Assembly: GCA_977017575.1 (NCBI GenBank)
Contig: CDRNVI010000052.1
Location: 62,001 to 126,000, forward strand
Direction of reading: 5' to 3'
Length of the DNA stretch: 64,000 nucleotides
Origin: Paramoeba atlantica
Taxonomy: Eukaryota; Protista; Discosea
The translations under genes and the position numbers were made by a program. Shown here piece by piece: positions 11,115 to 20,815 of the stretch. The first letter of the stretch is position 1, and each line of letters starts with the position of its first letter. A model generated the notes under the pieces. The model did not search any database. It saw only the letters and a program-made list of their open reading frames with translations, and was not told the origin of the DNA.

Positions 11115-12061
11115 ACGTCCAACTTTTACACTGCGACCCCCTTTTAATATGGGCACCGAATATGCCTCCCTTTAAGTCATCATAATATGATGGACAAATC
11201 CAACCCGGCGCCTACGCCACATGTAGGAACCCAACATCAATCAATTAATATACCCCTGCGGGGTCGATGGGTAATTACCCATTAGCGGGTCTGTGCGGGT
11301 AAATTACCCGGGTCTGTGACCCAGTTACCCGCACCGACCCGGTCAAAAAATATTAAAGGCGCAAAGAACACACCCTGGAGTAAGTGGCTTGTAAGTTACA
11401 ATAGCATCTTTGCTTTTGCGTCTGTGTGTTGTATTTCAAAGTCTCTGCATATTCCACCGCATAATTCCTTCCAGCACGGTAATTGCATGTGATACAATTT
11501 ACGCAGACTAGGTCGTCTAATCAGTGTTGTGTATGTTTCCCACAGGCCTTGTATTTCGTGGAGTTGACGAGGCGGAAGATTTGTCGTATTACACAGTTTC
11601 TGTGAGATATGCGATTCCGATTGAACCTCTTTGGTTGAACAATTCGAATATTCCTCCAGCCGTCTTCTCCAGTATGGTCCCACGTGGGACTGCTTCTGAG
11701 GCCCCAGATGTACAAGGGCTTCCTGGGTGAACTTCTTCCAGATTCAACACTCCCTTAACTCTTGTTTTGCTTCCCTTAGGCCGGCCGCGTGAGCGCTTCG
11801 GGCCTGGGTTTTCCTCTATAACCAGCTCGGATTAATTCAACTTGTAGGGTATGCTTCGTCCAACCAAATTTTACATTGCGATCGCAAAAGGGAAGGAGAC
11901 TACGGGTCGGGTAATCTTTATCAGATTCAAATCCGTGTTGTCGCTTGTTACCTCTGACCATGGGACAGAAGAGTAATTAAGTGATTATTAAGAGGGGTGG
12001 ACCGCCAAAATTACGATTACTTGGCGCACCCGGCCGCCCCCGACCGCACCCGCTAAAGCTA

Positions 12062-12490
12062 AGCTATTTCAATGGACGAAAACACTTGGCGAATTTTTCG
12101 ACACCTGGGCGTCCGCTTTGAGTCCATATGGTCTGAACTTTTTTTAAAATTTTGACATATTGCTTTCCTCCCAAACTCCTGAAGAACCTTCAGTGCCCTG
12201 GCTGCAACATCGTTCTCGACTCAAACAACATACTAATTCTCATTCCAGGATGTGTGCGATGCACCGGACTAAATGCATCCTCCAAACATAATGCAATGTT
12301 ACGGTTCCTTTACAATCTATGCATCAAAGCGGTAATTCCGTGTGAGAAAGAGCCGCGCTCGGTCAGCTCATGGACATGCTTATCCTGTCAAAACGTTGTT
12401 GATCAGCACAATCAACAATGACACCACAAGGTCTGCGGCGGGAAACATCTCCATCGTTCAGGCCCCGATCTGATAGTTTATTGGAACACG
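12062..12490 (+). pseudogene. Degenerate C-terminal fragment of an RLE non-LTR retrotransposon (CRE/SLACS-like)
   Basis: MDENTWRIFRHLG, then CPGC..GC..KHNAMLRFL..EPR..GPDLIVYW: zinc knuckle, RHN-like motif and PD endonuclease motif, with a stop and probable frameshift. Confidence 0.6.
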
Positions 12491-12513
12491 ATAAGATAAG
12501 ATAAGATAAGATA
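12490..12513 (+). repeat. (GATAA)n microsatellite
   Basis: gataagataagataagataagata immediately after the PDLIVYW codons. Confidence 0.85.
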
Positions 12514-13919
12514 TCCCGTTTGGCCAACTAGGGCTATGGGATCGTAGCAGGATTTTCCGTTACAGAGAAACCTCTACGTCGGTCTGAGTCTCTTTTTAAG
12601 TGGGGCTGAGCAACCCCTCCGTTTCCTGAAGAGTACGGGCGTCAGAATCTCACCACCGAGAATTCATCAAGGGACGTAGAGTGAGGACGCACTCATTCAC
12701 TAGCGATCCCGGAGTGACGACCAGTGCCCTGAACGGGCCTAGTTATTTAGCGCTTTGTTTTTCTAGCGCCGGCCTTAGCTCGGGAGGCTGGGATCGCTGT
12801 TCCATTATCCGATGTGAATCGGACGCCGTGACCTATATCGCGGACATAGCCCTTCATATGGTAAAAAAGTAAACCGTTCAGCCATTTCATCACACTGGGA
12901 GGTCCCGATCGCCAGTGCGTCAACCAGGAAACAACGTTTTTGTTATCCGAAATCAGAGTACTACCAATACGATCCAAAACACAGATGTACTTTATTTCCC
13001 AATGAAACGGTCCAAAAAACAGATGTTTATGTATCTTTATAAGACGACGAGTCAGTGCGGGTCGGTGCGGGTAACTGGGTCGCCGACCCGGGTAATTACC
13101 CATTTACCCGGCAGGGGTATGAATTAATCAACACCGGAAAAGTTTTTCAGAGGGGTGACTCCTGCCCGGGCGCTCCCAGGCGCTCCCAGTAAACTTCTAC
13201 GGAGATCCGACTTGGTGAAATAATTTTCGCAAAGAGGTCCGGAATCCTCAATGTCCCTTGAATGGAACATGCTGGACTAGCATGACAAAGAGTTAGAAAG
13301 GGACACCGGCGTTGGGCTGTCGTCGGTGATGAGGCGTGGCGACCCCAGCCTTCCGAAATAAGGAATTCCAGCTAGCTGCAGGGATTCGTCCATTCCTATT
13401 CCTGTTTAACCCTTATTCACGGAATCGTTAACCGCGTTCCGGGGTTGTAAGGCGGCGTGGTAAGTACATCGCCGGGAATACGTTATTAGCACCACCTTTT
13501 CCCGTGTGCTAACCTATATCCTCGGTGGAGGTGGAACTACACTCGTGCAAGCTGTGGTCCAATCCCACTCCATCTCCGGAGAGGCGGAGCCGTAAAACAC
13601 TTCGTTTCTCCAGCCAGGACCGTCCCAAATCTTTTGACAAGGTTTACAAATTTTACCCCCCCCACTCTTATTTTTGTGCACCCCCCTGTATAGGGTTGAT
13701 CATGCGTTTTTGGAACGGTTCTCCAGTCTATTATGAAATATACATTATCACAGCTCCATAAACACGCTAGATACCGATCACAAGCCCGGCGTTCTCGTGA
13801 AAACGAGAAAGTGTGAGGGAAGAGTGCAAAAAAAACGCAATATTAAACCAATAATTATCACCACCTACGTAAACACGCTAGATACCGGTTACAGAGAGGG
13901 AGAGAGAGGAGAAGCAAGG

Positions 13920-13924
<5 letters not shown>

Positions 13925-13954
<30 letters not shown>
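13925..13954 (+). repeat. (AG)n microsatellite
   Basis: Pure AG dinucleotide run within a purine tract at 13893-13960. Confidence 0.9.
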
Positions 13955-13960
<6 letters not shown>

Positions 13961-14063
13961 TCAACAGCCCCAAAGGCATGCCTGTCACCCACCGGCCTGG
14001 AACCAGTATCTAGGTGCATACGTAGGTGGTGATAATGTGAGGGTTGGTAGTCCTAATCTGGGC

Positions 14064-14410
14064 TTACCCAGAGAGGGTCCACCAACCCGTCATTATCACG
14101 GCGCAGTAGACACGCCATGGCAGGCCTTTCAATTCAACTGATTCTACCCGGGAGAGAAACTCGTTTGTCCGGTCCTTTAGCTCTGGCTTCGTTTTTCCGA
14201 GTAGAATATAGTTATCCACCCATGCCATGCCTAAATCTCTCACGATGCGATTTGAAACTCTTTGTGCTATCGCCGGCGCCCATGACCATCCCATGGGCAT
14301 AGACGTAAACTGTACAGTGTCCGTTTTTCCCCTTGCATTACCCAGAACAGCACCAAAGTAAGGCCGTATCTTTGCGGCCAATGGAAATTGATAAAAAAAG
14401 CTTTTTGCTC
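14064..14410 (-). pseudogene. Reverse-transcriptase remnant of a tyrosine-recombinase-type retroelement (DIRS/VIPER/TATE-like)
   Basis: AKSFFYQFPL (motif A, preceded by a stop), QFTSMPMGWSWAPAIAQ (motif B), AWVDNYILLG (motif C, xDN variant). Confidence 0.65.
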
Positions 14411-14705
14411 AACGAGTAACTACGACTCAATGTCACTGGTCATTTAGGGTTCCACTAATTTACGCATCATCTAAGATGCAGGGATACCACACTTACAAAA
14501 GGTATGGCGGATCTAAAACGTAATAATAAAAGCGAGTCAGAGTCCACACGTGGAACTGTGGTCATCCAGACCGACACTGTATCCAACTACCGTCACACGC
14601 TCCATGGCAATTCCACGAGAGGCAGTACCCTTGATGGGAGCGGTCATATTCTGTATCAAACGACATATTCTCTACCAAATCAACGTGACTGATTCAACGC
14701 TACAT

Positions 14706-15085
14706 GCGGATCTACACTCCATGCGAGCGGTTCGACGCCGTATCAAACAGCGGATCTACGCTCCATCAAATCAGCATGAGTGACTCCACGCTGCTAAAAC
14801 AGCGGATCTACACTACATGCGAGCGGTTCGACGCTGTATCAAACAGCGGATCTACGCTCCTGTAAATTGGCATGAGTGGCTCGACGCTGCTAGAACAGCG
14901 GCTCCACACTCCATGCGAGCGGTTCGACGCTGTATCAAACAGCGGATCTACACTCTATGCGAGCGGCTCCACGCTGTATCAAACAGCGGATCTACGCTCC
15001 TATAAATCAGCATGAGTGGCTCGAAGCTGCAGGAGCAGCGGATCTACACTCCATGCGAGCGGTTCGACGCCGTATCAAACAGCGG
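14706..15085. repeat. Higher-order minisatellite of about 43-bp (A) and about 52-bp (B) units, order ABABAABA
   Basis: Units start with cagcggatctac(a/g)ctcc; A continues atgcgagcggttcgacgc(c/t)gtatcaaa; B continues ...aaat..gcatgagtg.ctc.acgctgct. Confidence 0.85.
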
Positions 15086-15215
15086 GGCTCGCGCGACCAG
15101 GAGGGGAAGCTAAGTAGGAGGGGAAGGTGGTAGTTGTGGGGTATGGAGGCCTCTCGCAACTCCGGGGCCTCACCGGGTGCAGGACAGAAGTGCGAGGGCT
15201 TTAATTTCAATGGTT

Positions 15216-15314
15216 CCTGACTTATGCAATATTTCCTGACCTATGCAATATTCCTTGACTTATGCAATATTCCTTGACTTATGCAATATTCCTTGACTAA
15301 TGCAATAAGTCAGG
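15216..15314. repeat. 19-bp tandem array (5 copies, gacttatgcaatattcctt) bracketed by cctgacttat / ataagtcagg
   Basis: Direct reading; the ends are mutually inverted. Confidence 0.85.
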
Positions 15315-16304
15315 TCGGTCGGGAAGTGGAATGCAAGTTTCTAGCTCCGGAGCTTCCATTCGAAGTCTTTCTACATGTCTTTCTGTATGTAGTGTGGCCC
15401 CGATTCCCTCGACGTTCTAAGGATACCCCGTAAGGACCCGTAGACCACTAACGTCTTGTCCTCGCCACACCCATCGTCGGAAAGTGAATGTTCCGAAGAT
15501 TTATTTCTATTATAGCAACCATGGTACCCCCTGGAAAACCGTTCTATTTTTTACGATCAACCCTATAGACTATAGGGTAAGTAAATAAAGTACTATAATA
15601 GTACTTTAATTACTTTATTTTACTATAAAACTTTAAACAACTTTATTTCTCTTCAAAAGAAACGGAATACCGCTCCCCAGTAGAACAGTGGACCTTACTG
15701 ACGGGTGGCGTGGTGAGGAAGATCAGAAAACTAGGAGACTTCATCAAACGTTTCTGGAAAAGCCTGCTGAAAATTGAAGAAGGTGAAGTGTGTGAAGCAG
15801 AAGACGGCGGAGAATGTGGAGTAAGGACTGGGTGGAGGAGACAGCACCGTAAACATCACAGGAAGAAGATAGACATGATCGAAATTTTCTTTGCTCTTTA
15901 GAAAGTTCAAATTGGAAAGATAATGAAATTTGGGGTGTCATAGCCTGTTTAAGATATTGTTCGTTCAATATACAGATATATATTCCTATTCACTCATTCC
16001 ATTCTACAATACGTCCGAGATGAATTTGTCAATCGGAAATGTATCAACATAGTACGTGTAAAGGATGAAATGATGTTCGTGAAGTCTGATGCCCCGTATA
16101 GAATAAAAATGTTAAAATTAAAAACGTATTTGTATGAATGAATCTAGATGAGAGTGTGGAAAACTCATCGCGAAGCAATACTAAAAGCCGCCCGCACATA
16201 CATCAAGCGACCTGCCACCGAATATCCTTGGGTGGAGCATCCAAATACACGGCCCCAATCTGAACTACATTCCCAGGAAGATCATGGAGCGTTACTAAAC
16301 TCCC

Positions 16305-17096
16305 ATGAAGACACATGTGAATCCAAGAATACGTGTGAAACCAAGAAACCGGAATATAAGTGTGCCAGATTCTCCGAGCTCTACTGCAGACCTGGACACA
16401 GAGTGGCGAAAGTATCGGCGACCGAAATGTTGTCTTCCAACACATGCTGTTGATCAAATATGCGAAAATGTCATGAGGACATATCGCATGTTACCCGATG
16501 CCGACAAAAACATGCCGTTTCTCGATACAGGCAAAACACGGCTCTTACTTGGTCAAGGTCGCCAGCCCAAGAAATACATTACATCAGTGCGCCGTGTGGT
16601 TTCTATTTTACTGTTTAATGGTCACTACGTCCTTGTAGATTATCACCGTTGTGGTATGACTGTTTACGATAGTTACCAAACGTATTCCCCTCATGCTCGC
16701 GGAGATTTCCTCAATAGTTTCGCTTCACACCTTCGGCAGATTGTAGGGACATCTGCAATCATAGAACGCACTAAATATGCCTCCGTTCCACAGCAGTCAC
16801 CCATGTCCAACGAATGTGCCCTCCACGTCATTAACAACTTATGTGCTCTACTTTTTTTAGGCAAAGTAGAGAACACACTGACCAGGAAGAATCTTTCAAA
16901 AAGTTGGACCCCTCATCACTCCGGCTTTCCAAACTCATCTCCTGAAAGTATCTCTGTTCTTGAAGACGCAGAGGAAGAAGAAGAAGACGAAGACTACAAC
17001 ATCGTTCTTAAGCTGCTGAAAGATGGCGACTTAGGAGATACCACAGCGAAAGGGTGGGAAAAGATGGAAATTTTCCCCGATAATGTTGAACTGTAA
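16305..17096 (+). CDS. Ulp1/C48-like cysteine protease domain, probably transposon-borne and possibly frameshifted at its 5' end
   Basis: NGHYVLVD (His), VYDS (Asp), PQQSPMSNECALHV (Gln, Cys) in C48 order and spacing; overlapping upstream ORF at 16148-16453; acidic tail. Confidence 0.65.
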   Translation: MKTHVNPRIRVKPRNRNISVPDSPSSTADLDTEWRKYRRPKCCLPTHAVDQICENVMRTYRMLPDADKNMPFLDTGKTRLLLGQGRQPKKYITSVRRVVSILLFNGHYVLVDYHRCGMTVYDSYQTYSPHARGDFLNSFASHLRQIVGTSAIIERTKYASVPQQSPMSNECALHVINNLCALLFLGKVENTLTRKNLSKSWTPHHSGFPNSSPESISVLEDAEEEEEDEDYNIVLKLLKDGDLGDTTAKGWEKMEIFPDNVEL

Positions 17097-17776
17097 ATCT
17101 TTATGGGCAGGTTAAATACATGTATTTCCTATTCGAGTTATATAGTTACTTCTAGTATACGTCCACAGCTCCGTTTTTTTGCTGTTTCTGTTGTCTACGT
17201 ATCTGAGAGTTTCTGTGGTTTTTCTCAGTGTCGATTCAAGTACGCGGAACTAATTCACAGATATTGCATTTATGACCGCCCATGATAAAATACGATTTTC
17301 AGCTAAGATAGTGAAAATATCATAGTATGATATACATATATTTTATTTAATAATCGTACTTAACTAGACAATTAACTCTTTGACATTGTATCATCTTTCA
17401 TAATGTTTTTCTTTTAATTGCTCTGCTACTTAAATGCCTTTATGTCAGTCACCCAACCCAGCCCCCCCCCCTGTCAGACCTTCACTCCTCAACATCTCAT
17501 CATCGCATTATTCTCCAGGGGGTCTACTTTTTCTTCTGTTCCAGAGATTCCTTTTGTTCGCCTTTCTCGAGAAAGAGGGCCGCCGCGAAGCGGCGCAATT
17601 TTTTTTTTTTAATTGTATTTTATCGGATAAGAAATAGCGTCATTTTCTGCGCCATGGGCACCCCCCCTTTAATACGGAGAAAGTCCAAAAATCTGTCCGT
17701 ATTAAAGGGGGGGTCACAGTACATCGGAACAGCACATTCACATGCATAAAAAGTTGGTGCGGGGTGCTATGGGAGC

Positions 17777-18242
17777 TCACCTTTGCTCCCGGTGAGGCCC
17801 CGGAGTTGCGAGAGGCCTCCATACCCCACAACTACCACCTCCCCCCCTTTTTTAGCGGGGGTCGCGCCAGCGACCCCTGATAAATGGGGGGAAGGTGGTA
17901 GTTGTTTTGGGTGAAATGAGAGGCCGAACGCACGGAGGGGACGGCCGGGCCACTGAGTCATGTGAAAGTGTGACATCCAAAAACTAAACCTAGATTTTGC
18001 TTACCCGTCTGCACAACAGAACCGTAAATAGCACATAAAGATGGTTGGCCGAGGTACCCAATAAATTCACCTTTGCTCCAGGTAAGGCCCCGGAGTTGCG
18101 AGAGGCCTCCATACCCCACAACTACCACCTTCCCCCCCTATTTAGCGGGGGTCGCGCCAGCGATCCCTGATAAATGGGGGGAACGTTCTAGTTGTTTTGG
18201 GGGAAATGAGAGGCCGAACGCACGGAGGGGCCGGCCGGGCCC
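17777..18242. repeat. Direct repeat pair of about 176 bp (17777-17952, 18067-18242), each with an internal hairpin
   Basis: Period 290 bp; acaactaccacctcccccc pairs with ggggggaaggtggtagttgt in copy 1. Confidence 0.85.
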
Positions 18243-18320
18243 ATGAGCCTGTGCGGGCGGCTTGTGTATTTATTTTCCTATGCATTGCCACCTTGTTTAC
18301 CTTTCTATGAAATATTCCGA

Positions 18321-18453
18321 TACTTGTGCAATATTCGCATACTTATGCAATTTTCCTATACTTATGCAATATTCGCATACTTATGCAATATCCCTATACT
18401 TATGCAATATTCCTATACTTATGCAATATTCCTATCCTTATGCAATATTCCTA
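18321..18453. repeat. 19-bp tandem array (7 copies, tacttatgcaatattccta)
   Basis: Direct reading; shares the cttatgcaatatt core with 15216-15314. Confidence 0.9.
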
Positions 18454-18533
18454 TACTTCCACCATTATAAACGGGGGCGTAAATATGTGCGCTTAAACGG
18501 GGGTGTCTGCCTGGGTGTGCTTAAGGAGGGGAG

Positions 18534-18749
18534 CAGTATTGCTTTGTGCTCCAATCAACCCGCGGCGATAACAATGCGACAAGTAGATGTTTGGGTCGCA
18601 ATGTTCGTATCATTCAAAAGGGTTATGTGCGCTTTAAAAAAGGGAGGGGGTGGGGGCTGACCGGGTGCGCTTAAAGGGGGACAGTATTGCTTTGTGCTCC
18701 AATCAACCACCGCGATAACAATGTGACAAGTAGATGTTTGGGTCGCAAT
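18534..18749. repeat. Direct repeat pair of about 69 bp (18534-18602, 18682-18749)
   Basis: cagtattgctttgtgctccaatcaacc...gataacaatg.gacaagtagatgtttgggtcgcaat occurs twice. Confidence 0.85.
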
Positions 18750-19239
18750 ATGTGTGATCAATCAAGATCAAGCCATGCGACTTTGGTGCCTTATCAATGA
18801 GAAGCATCCACACTTGCATCACCGCGAGGACAGTCGCATCGTCGCGTTCCACTAACTTGCCAACAATACGATTGATTAGTACAGCGATAGACTAGCACAG
18901 TGTAGCGATTAAAGCCACGCAAATATTCTAGCCTTCGTAGTAAACGATTCCCGTAGTAGTAGCGATACGCTTCTTAGTAAACGATGTGGGGTCGTTCAGA
19001 GCTCGATCCACGGATCCGATTTCGATCACCAGTGTGTCGGGCAAGGGGCTCGCCATTTTGCGTCGGCTTTCCCAAGCTCTAGAACTTATTGGATGCCAAC
19101 GGCGCAATCAATTTTTTGTGTACCAAAAAATATGGCCCAAATATGGGTTTAAATTTGGCATTTTCAGCTGGTATTTTCACCCCAAAAAACTGAAATATTC
19201 TTGACTTTTTAGATACTTTTGGTATACTTTTAGTATTTA

Positions 19240-19358
19240 TTTTCTTTTTTAGGCTCTTCGTTAAACGCGAAGGTAATTTTCAATGCGAAGCGCGCAGCAT
19301 TGGCGCTTTCTAAGTTGAAAGCAACCACTGCGTTCAACGAAGAGCCTAAAAAGAAAAA
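19240..19358. mobile_element. About 120-bp hairpin MITE, copy 1
   Basis: Arms ttttctttttt-aggctcttcgttaaacgc... / ...gcgttcaacgaagagcctaaaaagaaaa; homologous to 37070-37194. Confidence 0.75.
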
Positions 19359-19656
19359 ATTCAATACTTCATGCTTTTCTTCCTGATTTCAATGAGTCCC
19401 CATTCCATGATGAAATTCACATCACTAATCACACAGATCGAGTCTTTCACTCACATGATTGCTTAACGTCATAGTTACACTGATATGGTATACCAAGAGC
19501 GACTGTTAGATCTTTTGATAATCATTTTTTCATATCAGCTGAGGATCTTAGATTTTCACACATGCTAATTTATCATCCTTCAACACTTTTTCGCAAAACC
19601 TTTGGAATTCTCCATATTAATAATTTACATCGACAACTAAATTTTTAGTATCATCC

Positions 19657-20583
19657 ATGACGTCTCGATCGCAAAACCAAACATACGTTCAAGATCGAAC
19701 GTTTCTCAACGCTGACCACAGCATGCGAGAGCCAACAGATACCCGAACTAGCAGTTCTAGACAGAGCACTGTAACTCCTACTAGCTCTCTTCTTTCCTCC
19801 AAACTTACCGACGCAATCCAAACCCTCGTCAACGCAACACCTGACTCTACCACAACCAGCTCCTCTGAGCATGTCAACCGACTTTCTACCCTTATCGAAG
19901 CCCAACTGAACACCATTACCCCTGAACTCTCCATCGGACGTGGAAGCTGTGTCACAGACGCAACGAACAACGACAATGACAACGTTGGGTTGGATTCCAC
20001 CTCCTTGGCTGCTTCCTCCTTCTCCTCTACCACCCCAATTCCTGGAGTTTCCGTTCTTCCCTGGCGTGATCCGTTTGAGGGGGAGGACACCTCTGGCCCT
20101 ACCCCCCATGGCGAGAGTCTTCCCTCCCACCCACGTTACGCCTACGACCCGAGCACCATGTGGCCTTCGGGCTCCGACGTCCATCTCTTCACGACTACAG
20201 GGGGAACTCGTAACACCCATCGTGTTCCCGAGCCCCTTGATAAAAGGGAGGAGGCGGGGGAACGGGAGACAAGGCACGAGGGGGGAGAAAACTCTCCCCC
20301 AGGTCGTGAGTTCTCTGTGTCTGCACGGCAGAAATCGACACAAGGTCGTACGGTGTACTCCGCACGGTCCCATTCCCGTTCCCACCCCCGGGAGGGGGAG
20401 TATGGGCTCACGCCCGGGGAGGGGGGAGGGGGGGTAACAGCAGCCATGGAGGGGGAGAGTCCTCCCGGGGACCTCCTTTCTACGCTGTCTAGCCCCCCAG
20501 AGGAGTTTCTTTCTCCACTTGGGGTGTCTCCGATTATGGTGCATACCGCGGAGAAAATTGCAAGGAGGGAGGGAAGGGGGTAG
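19657..20583 (+). CDS. Hypothetical Ser/Thr-rich, probably disordered protein
   Basis: 308-aa ORF on the gene strand; no recognisable domain. Confidence 0.55.
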   Translation: MTSRSQNQTYVQDRTFLNADHSMREPTDTRTSSSRQSTVTPTSSLLSSKLTDAIQTLVNATPDSTTTSSSEHVNRLSTLIEAQLNTITPELSIGRGSCVTDATNNDNDNVGLDSTSLAASSFSSTTPIPGVSVLPWRDPFEGEDTSGPTPHGESLPSHPRYAYDPSTMWPSGSDVHLFTTTGGTRNTHRVPEPLDKREEAGERETRHEGGENSPPGREFSVSARQKSTQGRTVYSARSHSRSHPREGEYGLTPGEGGGGVTAAMEGESPPGDLLSTLSSPPEEFLSPLGVSPIMVHTAEKIARREGRG

Positions 20584-20815
20584 GAAATTGGTGTGGGAGG
20601 GGTTTGCCCGCCCATTCGGGGAAGTTTGATAAAAGTGCACAACACATGTTTTGGTTTTTTTTAGTTTTTAAAAGAGAGTGGAAATATGTCGTTTCGTGTG
20701 TTTTCACACGGTTTGTGAACGTGTAGAAATGATTTAAGGGTTGACGTTATTCATGTATGAAACTGGCTTTAACGGATGAGGAATTTGATATTTTTCATAT
20801 CGAATACGTAAATAA

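Larger units (their letters stand above)
11250..13120. mobile_element. Non-autonomous TIR element (about 1.87 kb) with near-perfect 8-bp flanking duplication
   Basis: Termini atacccctgc / gcaggggtat; 11318-11341 is the exact reverse complement of 13058-13081; ACCCG/CGGGT subterminal motifs; flanks caattaat (11242-49) and gaattaat (13121-28). Confidence 0.7.
15121..17843. mobile_element. Putative inverted-repeat-bounded element enclosing a Ulp1-like protease ORF
   Basis: 15121-15177 is the near-exact reverse complement of 17788-17843 (and of 18078-18134); no TSD found. Confidence 0.5.

Noticed and set aside
11592-11603. ACAGTTTCTGT partial SL match
   Set aside because: Only 11-12 nt match, flanks do not fit the SL, and it is not at an element boundary.
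13140-13560. RNase H or tyrosine recombinase continuation of the RT remnant
   Set aside because: Hand translation of the minus strand gave no convincing catalytic motifs.
14729-14739. tRNA gene
   Set aside because: Only a T-loop/B-box match; no acceptor, D or anticodon arms.
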